Shown here: positions 28,751 through 38,287 of the stretch, piece by piece
Position numbering within the stretch: position 1 is the first letter of the stretch
Layout: every line of letters begins with the position of its first letter
Assembly: GCA_035289925.1 (NCBI GenBank)
Contig: DATDVR010000005.1
Span: 112,916-176,915, forward strand
DNA: 64,000 bases
Direction of reading: 5' to 3'
DNA from: Candidatus Nanoarchaeia archaeon
GTDB taxonomy: Archaea > Nanobdellota > Nanobdellia > SCGC-AAA011-G17 > DATDVL01
Made by a program: the position numbers and the translations under genes
Notes under the pieces: model-generated
Told to the model about the DNA's origin: nothing
What the model saw: the letters and a program-made list of their open reading frames with translations, nothing else
Databases searched by the model: none

Positions 28751-29593
28751 TTAAGCCTTCAGAACTTTATCTGCCGGCTCCATACCCTTCCAAGCATGAT
28801 TGAACAATTCTTCCATTGCTGTTGCGAAGTATGGGGTTGTAATCCAGACTCCTACGTCATAAGTAGGATGGACTTCGTCATCATTCAAAACCATGAACAT
28901 CAATTCACGGCCGTCTACAATGCAGAATCTTGCGTTTATTCCTTTAACATGGCGTACTTCAGCAACTTTTGAAATGTCATTCACTGCAGTGGCTGATTCT
29001 TTTGTCAATGGAGCTGCAATTCTTATCTTGACGCCTTTCTTCTTCAATCTTTCCAATTCTGACTTTAAAGCCTCTACTTTTCTTAGAATGCCTTTTGAAG
29101 TTGTCATTATGGTTACTGATTTTGTTGCTCCCTTAACCAAAGTTTCTAAGTGAGTGTACAAATTGTGTCTTCCTCTAATTGCACCTGCCAAATCTGATGG
29201 CTCAACAAACTCAATCCCTTGCTTGTGAAGTGTGTTCAATTCGTTAAGAACATCTGCTCCCTTCAATTCATCAAGCTTCTTTACTTTTTCATTTGCTTCT
29301 CTTCCAACCAATTTTTTGACACGCTCAACAACTTCTCTTGGCTCAACTGCCAAATATTTTATTGGCTTGCCTAACTTCATTACTACAAAACCTTTTTTCT
29401 CTAAAGATTCAAGAACATCATAAGCCCTTGATCTTGGAACATTACCAATGTCTGATAACTCACCTGCTGTAGAAACACCTCGAGAAAGCAATGCAGTCCA
29501 AATTCTAACCTCATAAAGATTAAGGTCAAAAGATTGTCTAAGCTTTGCTAAAAAATCTTCCTTCACTATCATCCAAAACCCTCCTAGGATCAA
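28751..29593 (-). CDS. TrmB-family transcriptional regulator
   Basis: N-terminal wHTH (LYEVRIWTALLSRGVSTAGELSDIGNVPRSRAYDVLESLEKKGFV) plus a TrmB-like C-domain; likely start at the internal Met (MIVKEDF). Confidence 0.7.
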   Translation of the reverse strand: MILGGFWMIVKEDFLAKLRQSFDLNLYEVRIWTALLSRGVSTAGELSDIGNVPRSRAYDVLESLEKKGFVVMKLGKPIKYLAVEPREVVERVKKLVGREANEKVKKLDELKGADVLNELNTLHKQGIEFVEPSDLAGAIRGRHNLYTHLETLVKGATKSVTIMTTSKGILRKVEALKSELERLKKKGVKIRIAAPLTKESATAVNDISKVAEVRHVKGINARFCIVDGRELMFMVLNDDEVHPTYDVGVWITTPYFATAMEELFNHAWKGMEPADKVLKA

Positions 29594-29724
29594 CCTCTTT
29601 TTTATTAAAAATCACCACTAATGAATATCAGTAGCGATTTCCTACTTTAATTAAATATAAACTATAAGATAGTATCAATTGCCCATATATAAAGATTATT
29701 ATTCTATATTGAGCATATTACTCC

Positions 29725-30838
29725 TCAAGGATAGCTAATATTCAGAAGCTTAAGATATTTGTTTAATTCAGCGGTTGAGATTTCACCTGGAAAGTAATCA
29801 TTAAGCAGTTTTATTACTTTCTTTCTTAGACTAAAGGTGTTTGCATTTTGAGCATAACCGTTCCAGCCGCAGAAAGAACTGTATATCTTATCATAAGTAA
29901 TTCTTCTAGAATCGTAAAGCTCCTTGTATTTTTCAATTCTTTTAGACAATTTCCTCTTATTTATCTTTCTTAGAAGCTTGTGGTAATAAAAAATCCTAAA
30001 ACCTAAAAAATTAATGCCTTTATTCAAATTTATTATTTTAGATTTACTAGGATGCAGTTCCAATTTCAAGTTTTCTTTTAAAAAATCATCAATCGCCCCC
30101 CCCCCTTATTTTTAAAGTTTCTTTAGAAGAATCTAAAATGATAAAATCATCAACATACCTAATATAATATTCTGCTTTTAAATTATGTTTTACGAATTGG
30201 TCTAGTTCATTAAGATAAATATTAGCAAAAAATTGTGATGTCAAATTACCTAATGGCATTCCTATTCCTTTTACTTTAGAATTGAAATTATTTAAGATCT
30301 TGCTTATAAGCCAAATAACTTTTTCATCTTTAATCTTGTTCTTTAAAACATTCAATAAAACTTCATGTGAAACTTCGTCAAAATAATGCTTAATATCAGC
30401 TTTAAAAACATAGCATTTTTTCCTGTTATTTTTACTTACTTTTCTCTTGAAATAATCAAATCTATTCAAGGCCTTTAAGTTTCCTTTGCCTTTTTGATTG
30501 GCGTAGGAATCATGAATGAAAGATTTACTTAAGATAGGTTCTAAAATATTGCACAAAGCGTGATGAACTATTCTGTCTCTAAAATCTGATTTAGAAATTT
30601 TTCTGGTTTTTGGATCTCTTAATATAAATGTTCTTAAAGGTAAAGGATTGTAAGTGTGAAACAATAATTCTAATCTTAGTTCTTCCAAATTTTTATCCAA
30701 ATCCTTTTCAAATTCCAATACATAAAGCTTTTTAGATTTTCTTTTCTTAGCTCTCTTATAAGCCATCAAAAGATTAGTGTAGCTGCAAATCTGCTTCCAC
30801 AAGTTATTGTAAGTCTTCATTGTTAAAAGCCATAGCAT
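29725..30838 (-). CDS. DGR reverse transcriptase, split by a frameshift in a C10/G10 homopolymer (ORFs 30089..30838 + 29725..30069)
   Basis: RT domains 1-7: …RDRIVHHAL…, FKADIKHYFDEV, DGR-diagnostic motif 4 LGNLTSQ (SQ rather than SP), YVDD box YIRYVDDFII, thumb …GINFLGFRIF…. The two ORFs abut at the run of 10 C (30096..30105). Confidence 0.85.
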
Positions 30839-30846
30839 TTGTTAGG

Positions 30847-30932
30847 TTATTCCAACATAACGCCCATTGTTGTTGAAGTTGTTGTCGCCATTAAGACCGT
30901 TGTTGTCATCGTTACCAACATAAGACAAGCGC
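30847..30932 (-). repeat. DGR template repeat (TR)
   Basis: 86-bp repeat 9 bp upstream of the RT start. Its minus-strand sense is AAC-codon-rich (…GNDDNNGLNGDNNFNNNGRY…). It aligns with VR 31273..31358 with 17 mismatches, all at TR adenines. Confidence 0.9.
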
Positions 30933-31135
30933 AAGCAAAATAGCTCTCTTACCTTCTATATCACTGTTGCTTCACATTTTCGACTAGTTACTAAGTGTTG
31001 CAACTGAATTTTATGGCTACTCTATGCCCTAGTAAAAGAGCGTGTAGCCTAACAATTCTTAACTTCATAACAATAAGTTACTCATTAGTTAAGCTATGCT
31101 AAGGCAAAATAACGATAGAATCTAATCTTATAAAA

Positions 31136-31972
31136 TTATTGGTAAAGCTTTATTATTGTCTTTTCAAAATCTTCTCTTGTTGAATCTGCAACGAAAGGTT
31201 TTGAAACTCTTAAAATCTCTTCTAAAGTTGGTGTCTTTATTTCCTGTGGAGATTTTTGCGCGCCGACTGCACGTACCCCAACAAAACGCCCATTGCCGCT
31301 GAAGTAGTTGACGCCATCAAGACCGCCGAAGTCAACGCCACCAACATAAGACAAGCGCCCTAAATTCTTTTGTTTTATATCTTTAGCTTCATTAAACCTA
31401 TGCCAGCTTCCTAGTGTATTAACTCTATAAGTTTCCGTTGCTTTCTTGAAATAAGCTGAAGCCCTTTCAACGCTGCCAGATTTTGCTAAAACTATGTCAT
31501 TTTTTATCCATTCTTCTTGTGTAAGCCTTTCTGACTTTGCTTTTTGCGCATTGCTTAAAGGCATTATAACTGCATAATTTCTTGGAAGCTTTGAATCTCC
31601 ATTTTTTCTTAAATCTTTTATAGAAACTACTGCCCTTTCATCTGATTCTTCAAGAACGGCTTTAAGCTCGTCATCTGTGACTTCAACAAAACCATAATCT
31701 AGTTGGTTTTTTCTTTTTGCCCTTATTGTATCTGGAGTGAATACCTTTGTTCCATGCTCGATTACTGCAAGCTTACTTCCTTTTGAAGCATATTCGGCTC
31801 CATTTGGAATATACCAAGTATTGAATGGCAGTTCATTATTAATTCTTGCCTGAAGTATCTCTGGAGAAGTAAATATTGTCTTAAGCTCTCTTTGAGCTGT
31901 TTCTAAAGCAACAGCTAAAACTGAATTATAAACTGGCAATAGTTCTCTTTTCTCTAGAGTTGAGTTTAGCAT
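31136..31972 (-). CDS. DGR target (variable) protein with C-terminal FGE/C-type-lectin-like fold
   Basis: C-terminal RVNTLGSW…(VR: LSYVGGVDFGGLDGVNYFSGNGRFVGVRAV) resembles FGE-sulfatase/CLec-fold DGR targets (RVxRGGSW…GFRxV). The VR sits at aa about 199-227 of 278. Confidence 0.85.
   Translation of the reverse strand: MLNSTLEKRELLPVYNSVLAVALETAQRELKTIFTSPEILQARINNELPFNTWYIPNGAEYASKGSKLAVIEHGTKVFTPDTIRAKRKNQLDYGFVEVTDDELKAVLEESDERAVVSIKDLRKNGDSKLPRNYAVIMPLSNAQKAKSERLTQEEWIKNDIVLAKSGSVERASAYFKKATETYRVNTLGSWHRFNEAKDIKQKNLGRLSYVGGVDFGGLDGVNYFSGNGRFVGVRAVGAQKSPQEIKTPTLEEILRVSKPFVADSTREDFEKTIIKLYQ
31273..31358 (-). repeat. DGR variable repeat (VR) inside the target gene
   Basis: 86 bp, 69/86 identical to the TR; all 17 differences are plus-strand T in the TR (an A in the coding sense) against C, A or G in the VR. 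Confidence 0.9.
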
Positions 31973-32150
31973 AATAAAATAAACATTTTACTAGTATATA
32001 AAGCTTGTGATTTTGTAGTTACTATTAAGTAATATAAAATAATTTCAATTTAGACGTAAGATTTTCTGAAAATTGCAGTAAAAATTAATAAAGACTAAAA
32101 TATTATTAAAAATAGTAAAATATATAAACTATAGTTCATTACTATAGACT

Positions 32151-32366
32151 ATGGTTACTACAATTCAAATAGGGGAAAGGACAATGGAACAACTTAAAAC
32201 AATTAAAAAGACTCAAGGACTTAAATCATATGAAGAGGTAATACAGGAACTTTTGCTTAAATCAAGGACTAAAAAATCTTTTTTTGGATTTATGGGTAAA
32301 TCAGGAAATCTACCAAAAATGCTTAAAGAACTACAGGAAGAAAGGAGAGCAAGTGACAGATTTTAA
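32151..32366 (+). CDS. VapB-like antitoxin
   Basis: 71-aa protein immediately upstream of, and overlapping, a PIN-domain gene. Confidence 0.5.
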   Translation: MVTTIQIGERTMEQLKTIKKTQGLKSYEEVIQELLLKSRTKKSFFGFMGKSGNLPKMLKELQEERRASDRF

Positions 32367-32718
32367 TTTTATTGACAGTTCTATTTGGTTAGCCTACTTA
32401 GAAGGTGAAGAAAATGTAGTTCCTTATATAGACAATGCTACAGGAGTTGCCACTTCAGTTATAACATTATTTGAAGTAGCTAAAAAATATAAAAAGTTAA
32501 ACTATCCAATTCAAAAAATAAAAGCTTGCATTTCTTTAATTAAGGAAAGGAGTGTCTTATTCAATGTAGATGAAGATGTAGCGACTAATGCGATCAATTT
32601 TTCTAATTCCTTAGCTATGGCAGATGCTTTAATCTATGCAACTTCTCAACTAAATAAGTTTAAATTAATCACAAAAGACAACGATTTTAGAGGCATGAAT
32701 AATGTTTTGGTAATTTAG
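32353..32718 (+). CDS. VapC-like PIN-domain toxin
   Basis: PIN residues FIDSSIW…LEGE…ADALIYATS…LITKDNDF. Probable GTG start at 32353 within ORF 32284..32718. Confidence 0.65.
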   Translation: MTDFNFIDSSIWLAYLEGEENVVPYIDNATGVATSVITLFEVAKKYKKLNYPIQKIKACISLIKERSVLFNVDEDVATNAINFSNSLAMADALIYATSQLNKFKLITKDNDFRGMNNVLVI

Positions 32719-34434
32719 TTACTTCTTGCCACGCTGCGAGTTATATATTTTTTCAATAAGATTAATGTCGCTTATATCATCTAAAGAACGATCAAAACGC
32801 ACCCTTAAAAATCTTGGGAAGCGCATGGCATAACCCGAGGAATATGAAGGACTTTTCTGGATTTCTTCAAATGCAACTTCAACAACCAATGAAGGATGCA
32901 ATGTAACTTCCTTGCTTTTCTCTGAGATAATTAAAGGCTTAAGCTCTTTTGTTATCTGCTCGAATGTGACTTCATTTTCTCCTTTCTCTTTTACTCCTGT
33001 GCTTACCTTACCAACTTCAACTAGATTTCCATCAGAATCTTTGCAGGCTACAGTATAAGATGAAAGCCATTTTGCTCTTTTGCCTTCACCCCATTCTGCT
33101 TTGACTATTACTAAATCCAAAGTTTCCAAAACTTCTTTTAATTTTGCCATGAAGCCAACATATCTTCCTGGCTTGTAAGAAGCTGTGATAGACTTGAACA
33201 TAATACCCTCGTGGCCTGCTTTCAAAGCGCTCTTGTAAAAAGTTTCAACCTCTTTTGCAGAATCTGTAATCAAGTTTTTAGCCAAGACTATTTTCTTGTC
33301 AATCGGCTTTACAATTTTTTCCAAGATTTTTCTTCTTTCTAATAATTGTTCATTGAACAAACTTTTACCATTCAAAAATAATACATCAAAAACATTAACC
33401 TCAACAGGGAATTTTTTACCCATTTCTTCAATGTCGTATTTTCTTCTAATTCTCTGAGAAATACTCTGGAATGGCAAGTATTTGCCTGTTTTTTTATCAT
33501 AGCCAACAACTTCTGAATCTAATATTACTGAATCTGCCTTTACTTGGGATTTTATTATTGGAACCAATTCTGGAAACTGCTTTGTGACATCTTCCATTCT
33601 TCTTGTTAATAATTTAATCTCATTACCTTTCTTGTGAATCTGCATCCTGAAGCCATCGTACTTGAATTCTATTTCTGCTGGCTTTCCAACAATTTCGAAT
33701 CCTTCTTCTATGTTTTTAGCTAGAATAGCAAGCATCAAGTTTATTGGCTTGCCTGGCTCTAGTTTGACTTCATGTAATTTTTTTTGCTTTGCTAGTTTGG
33801 CAACTAAGCCGTAATCTGTCAATAAATCATAAGCATTTTCTACTTCTTCAACTGAAATGTCAAAAGCTTTTGAGATTGAATCTCGAACAATTCCAGCTGC
33901 AATTCCAATCCTTAACTCTTCCAGTACCGTTCCAATGATAAATTTGGCTTCATCTGGAGAAGCATTTGAAAGCAATTCTGAAACTAACTGAACTTTTCTG
34001 TTAACTGTGCCTTCTCCTTCCAAAGTTGAAAGCTTCCTGATATTGTTGAAGACTTTTGAGACTGTAATCTCCTGCGAGAACAATGTAGATTGCTTTTTCT
34101 TTGTAATCAAGATTGAAGCTACTTTTCCCAAGTCTCCTTCCTTGTTGAATAATTTTTCAATCTCGTTTATCGAAGAACCTGTAACAGATGAAATGGCCTT
34201 CATTACTAATCTTGATGAGAACCCTATCTTGCTATCATCCCATAAAGGAAAGACCTTGCCTTGAACTAGATAAACAATTTTCTCTAAATCTTCGTCTGCA
34301 GACTTCAATAAAGAAGCCAAAATATCTGTTTTTTCCAGCCTCTTTGTAGTCTTTCCCAGGCTCTTATAGAAATTGACTAAAATTGAATATTGCATGGAAA
34401 TGTTTAAATAATTGGCTAATTTAAATCTTTTCAT
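32719..34434 (-). CDS. lig: ATP-dependent DNA ligase
   Basis: Adenylation motif KYDGFRMQIH, EGIMFK, OB-fold C-terminus. Confidence 0.9.
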   Translation of the reverse strand: MKRFKLANYLNISMQYSILVNFYKSLGKTTKRLEKTDILASLLKSADEDLEKIVYLVQGKVFPLWDDSKIGFSSRLVMKAISSVTGSSINEIEKLFNKEGDLGKVASILITKKKQSTLFSQEITVSKVFNNIRKLSTLEGEGTVNRKVQLVSELLSNASPDEAKFIIGTVLEELRIGIAAGIVRDSISKAFDISVEEVENAYDLLTDYGLVAKLAKQKKLHEVKLEPGKPINLMLAILAKNIEEGFEIVGKPAEIEFKYDGFRMQIHKKGNEIKLLTRRMEDVTKQFPELVPIIKSQVKADSVILDSEVVGYDKKTGKYLPFQSISQRIRRKYDIEEMGKKFPVEVNVFDVLFLNGKSLFNEQLLERRKILEKIVKPIDKKIVLAKNLITDSAKEVETFYKSALKAGHEGIMFKSITASYKPGRYVGFMAKLKEVLETLDLVIVKAEWGEGKRAKWLSSYTVACKDSDGNLVEVGKVSTGVKEKGENEVTFEQITKELKPLIISEKSKEVTLHPSLVVEVAFEEIQKSPSYSSGYAMRFPRFLRVRFDRSLDDISDINLIEKIYNSQRGKK

Positions 34435-35020
34435 GGATATTGAAAAAGTTATTAGTTCTAGAGCAAGTTGCAGAAACTACAAGGACAAAAAAGTCACATT
34501 AGATTTGATATATAAGATGCTGAATGCAGCTACAAAAGCTCCTTCTGCCGGTGATTTACAGAACTGGAGGTTTGTTGTAGTAAGAGACAAGAACAAGATA
34601 AGTGAGATAGCTAAAGTCTGCTTAAGCCAGAAATGGATTTCCAAGGCACCTTGCTTGATTGTAATCTGCAACGACAAGGAAAGAGTCATGAAGATGTTCC
34701 CTAAAAAAGGAGAAATTTATTCTATCCAAAGCTGCGCTGTTGCAGCAAGCCATATAACATTGATGGCTGAAGAACTTGGATTGGGAAGCTGCTGGATTGG
34801 AGCTTTTGACGAAAATGCTGTAAAAAATATCCTAAATATTGATGAAGCTGGAGTTGAGATAATCTTGACAGTAGGATATCCTGAAGAAAAAGAGAAGAAA
34901 CCTGCTCAATGTGATGTGACAAATATAACTTATTTTGATGAATGGGGCAAAAGAGAAAGTAACGACAAACTAGATCTGAAAGGCAAGCTAAAAGAAATTC
35001 TAAGAAAAATAAAGAAATAA
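34412..35020 (+). CDS. nitroreductase-family protein
   Basis: …SCRNY…KAPSAGDLQNWRFVVV… nitroreductase fold motifs. Confidence 0.75.
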   Translation: MANLNLFMDIEKVISSRASCRNYKDKKVTLDLIYKMLNAATKAPSAGDLQNWRFVVVRDKNKISEIAKVCLSQKWISKAPCLIVICNDKERVMKMFPKKGEIYSIQSCAVAASHITLMAEELGLGSCWIGAFDENAVKNILNIDEAGVEIILTVGYPEEKEKKPAQCDVTNITYFDEWGKRESNDKLDLKGKLKEILRKIKK

Positions 35021-35079
35021 AACCCTGGATGAGCTCCCTGGTATTTCCTCGCTAAATATTATTTAAAAAAAAGAAAAAG

Positions 35080-35100
35080 GCTGATGCGTGGCGCATCAGC
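35080..35100. terminator. GC-rich hairpin between convergent genes (stem 9 bp GCTGATGCG/CGCATCAGC, loop TGG)
   Basis: Perfect 9-bp inverted repeat in an A/T-rich spacer between the nitroreductase (+) and ftsZ (-) 3' ends. Confidence 0.45.
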
Positions 35101-35150
35101 AAAAAGTTATAAAGGGCAAAAAAAAGTCTTAGGGGGTTTCTTGTTGCCCT

Positions 35151-36251
35151 TTAATATGATCTTTGCTTGATTGGAGCACTGACCATGTCAATGCCCAATT
35201 CCTCACTTACCTGCATTGCTCTTGCAGATGCCTTTTTGTGGTCTACCTTACCCAAGATGTATGGTGAGTTGACTCCGGTAATAATTGTCATTACTCTAAG
35301 AGTTCCTGCCATGCTATCTTCAATTCTTGCTCCCCAGATGACATTTGCGTCTGGATCCAAGCTTTCGGTAATTAATTCTCCAGCTTTGCTTACTTCATCC
35401 AAAGTCAAGTCTGGACCACCAGTTATGTGAATCAAAGCACCTGTTGCTCCTTCATAGCTTACGTCAAGCAATGGGTTAGTTAAAGCTCTTCTTGTTGCTT
35501 CTTCAACTCTGCTTTCAGTGTTAGATTCTCCAATACCTATGACTGAGACTCCACCGTCAGACATGATGGCTCTAACATCTGCATAGTCTAAGTTTACTAA
35601 TGATGGTGTTGAGATTGTCTCTACTATTCCCTTAATCATTGTCGAGATTAACTCATTTGCTACTGCAAATGCCTGCTGTACTGGCAAGTTGCCTGCAATG
35701 CTGACTAATCTATTGTTATCAATGACAATTGCAGTGTCGCAGACTTCTCTTAGCTGCTGTAGTCCAAATTCTGCCTTGTCAACTCTGGCCCTTTCAATGT
35801 CGAATGGCATTGTTACTGTGCCTATAACTATTGCGCCATTTTCCTTTGCAACCTGTGCAACTACTGGTGCTGAACCTGTTCCTGTTCCTCCACCTTCACC
35901 TGCACATATGAATACCATATCTGCGTCTTTTAAATAACTCTTAAGATCGTGTAAGTTTTCCTTTGCAGCTTCCAATCCTTTATTTGGGAAACCTCCGCAT
36001 CCTAAACCTCTTGTCAATTCTCTTCCTATCAATAGCTTCTTGTCTGCTGAACTTATGTCCAAGTGCTGCTTGTCTGTGTTCAAAGCTATTATCTCTGCTC
36101 CCTTGATTCCTTTCTTGTGTAGCCAGCTTACCATATTTGAACCGGCTCCTCCGCAACCAACAACTTTAATGTTAGCTGTTCCTACTTTCAAATCGTTTGT
36201 AGGATTGTTTGCAGCTGACTGCAATGCGCTTTGTACTAGTCCTTCCATCAT
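35151..36251 (-). CDS. ftsZ: cell division protein FtsZ
   Basis: Tubulin signature [19 protein letters not shown]7 loop. Confidence 0.95.
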   Translation of the reverse strand: MMEGLVQSALQSAANNPTNDLKVGTANIKVVGCGGAGSNMVSWLHKKGIKGAEIIALNTDKQHLDISSADKKLLIGRELTRGLGCGGFPNKGLEAAKENLHDLKSYLKDADMVFICAGEGGGTGTGSAPVVAQVAKENGAIVIGTVTMPFDIERARVDKAEFGLQQLREVCDTAIVIDNNRLVSIAGNLPVQQAFAVANELISTMIKGIVETISTPSLVNLDYADVRAIMSDGGVSVIGIGESNTESRVEEATRRALTNPLLDVSYEGATGALIHITGGPDLTLDEVSKAGELITESLDPDANVIWGARIEDSMAGTLRVMTIITGVNSPYILGKVDHKKASARAMQVSEELGIDMVSAPIKQRSY

Positions 36252-36727
36252 TTTTTATCCCCCATCTTTTTTTGTTTTTTTGTGTTGTATATACTCCACT
36301 ACAACAATATTTATATTGTAGTTTGGATTATTACCTTTTTAGAAATCAACTTGAAGTTTAATGATAAATGATTTAAACTTTTAAGAAACAAACTATCTCG
36401 AACGAAACGCCAAATTTCAATGTTCGAAACGCTTAATATTTACGCTTTGATTTTAACGCCAATTAAAACCGAAGCTCCGAACTTCTGAGTTATAATTTTA
36501 TTACCTTATATTAAGTAGTATATAAACCTTTTTTACCTGCGAAATATATGTTACAATAAATAAGTGACGTTTAAAACATCTTAAAAGAGCTTCTAGATGC
36601 AGTTTATTGATACTTTTATTTTACAAATAAAAAACAGTGAAATTCATGGAAATGACTGATTTTTGTCATATTTTGATGACAGAAAATTAGCAAAACTTTT
36701 TATATTGTTGAACATAATTATTAGGTT

Positions 36728-38029
36728 ATGAAAGAAGAATTTTCAGCTGAAAATGTTGAAATAAAAACCAAAGACAAGGAATTTATCGGGATATTGTTGC
36801 CTTCATCTAAGAAAGATACAGTTTTTTTGAAGCTTGATTCTGGATATAACATAGGGATTGAGAAGAAGAACATCAAGAGCATGAAAAGGATAAAGAAGGT
36901 TGAAAGCGAGAAGAAAGTGCTAGGCAAGCTAGAAGTTAACAAAAACTTACCTACTATTGCCATATTACATACTGGAGGTACTGTAGCTTCTGAAGTTGAT
37001 TACAAGACTGGTGCTGTAAGTCCAAGATTTACTCCTGAGGAGATTATAGCAAAGTTTCCAGAGCTAAAGAATATGGCCAACATAAGATCCAAGCTAATTG
37101 CAAACATGTTCTCTGAAGACATAAGGTTTAGCCATTACAACAAGATAGCCAAGGAAATTGAAAATGAAGTTAAAGCAGGTGTTGAAGGGATAATAATAAG
37201 CCATGGAACTGACACGTTACATTATACTGCAGCTGCACTAAGCTTCATGCTTCAAGATCTAGGAATTCCAGTTATATTGGTGGGAGCTCAAAGAAGCTCT
37301 GACAGAGGAAGTTCAGATGCTTTCCTGAATCTTGTAAGTGCCGCCTTATTCATCACTAAATCAGACTTTGCTGGTGTTGGAATATGCATGCATTCTTCAA
37401 TGGATGACAATAATTGTGTAATACTGCCAGGATTGAAATCTAGAAAGATGCACTCTTCAAGAAGGGATGCATTCAAAGCAATAAACTCAAATCCAATTGC
37501 AAGAGTAAACTACAAAAAAGACTTAATTGAGTTCTTGACACATGACCATAAAAAATCTAGCAAGGACTTGAAGCTAAAAGTTAGATTATTCAATGAAAAA
37601 CTTAAAATTGGAATAGTAAAGGCACATCCAAACATGTATGCTTCTGAACTAAAATCTTATTCAAGCTTCAATGGATTAATACTAGAAGGAACTGGATTGG
37701 GACATCTGCCAGTAAACAAACTAGACAAAGAAACTACAGAACATGATAAAATATTGAAAGAAATTTCTAAATTAGCAAAGAAAATGCCTGTTGTAATGGC
37801 TACGCAGACTATTTTTGGAAGAGTCAACATGAATGTCTATTCAACTGGAAGAAAATTATTAGAAGCGGGGGTTTTAGGGAATTATTCAGACATGACAACA
37901 GAAACTGCCTTCATAAAGCTAGCTTACTTATTATCTAACTACAAGAAAGATGAAATTAAAAGATTGATGAATGAGAACTTGCATGGAGAAATCTCAAAAA
38001 GGATAATAGGCGAGGAAGAATTTCTATGA
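36728..38029 (+). CDS. gatD: Glu-tRNA(Gln) amidotransferase subunit D
   Basis: About 90-aa N-domain plus asparaginase-like domain (AILHTGGTVAS, ISHGTDTLHYTAAA, PVILVGAQRS). Confidence 0.85.
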   Translation: MKEEFSAENVEIKTKDKEFIGILLPSSKKDTVFLKLDSGYNIGIEKKNIKSMKRIKKVESEKKVLGKLEVNKNLPTIAILHTGGTVASEVDYKTGAVSPRFTPEEIIAKFPELKNMANIRSKLIANMFSEDIRFSHYNKIAKEIENEVKAGVEGIIISHGTDTLHYTAAALSFMLQDLGIPVILVGAQRSSDRGSSDAFLNLVSAALFITKSDFAGVGICMHSSMDDNNCVILPGLKSRKMHSSRRDAFKAINSNPIARVNYKKDLIEFLTHDHKKSSKDLKLKVRLFNEKLKIGIVKAHPNMYASELKSYSSFNGLILEGTGLGHLPVNKLDKETTEHDKILKEISKLAKKMPVVMATQTIFGRVNMNVYSTGRKLLEAGVLGNYSDMTTETAFIKLAYLLSNYKKDEIKRLMNENLHGEISKRIIGEEEFL

Positions 38030-38287
38030 AAAACATAATGTTTATATACTAGTAAATCCTTATATATCTTGGTGATTACATATTCAAATAATTTACAGCA
38101 AGCATGCTTTAGAGAAGATGGATGGATATGGACTTGAAGTAGAAGAAGTAGACAAGATAATTCAAAGCGGAATGAAATGGAAAGAAGAAAATACAGAAAA
38201 ATGGCATGCCCAAATGGCAGGCATAGAAGGTGTTTTTATAAAAGAAAAGGATTTAATATTTATAATAACTGTGTATAAGGAGGGAAA

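Noticed and set aside
35101-35150. Second hairpin gggcaa…ttgccc downstream of the 35080..35100 palindrome
   Set aside because: The stem is only 6 bp with a long loop; weak compared with the adjacent perfect 9-bp hairpin.
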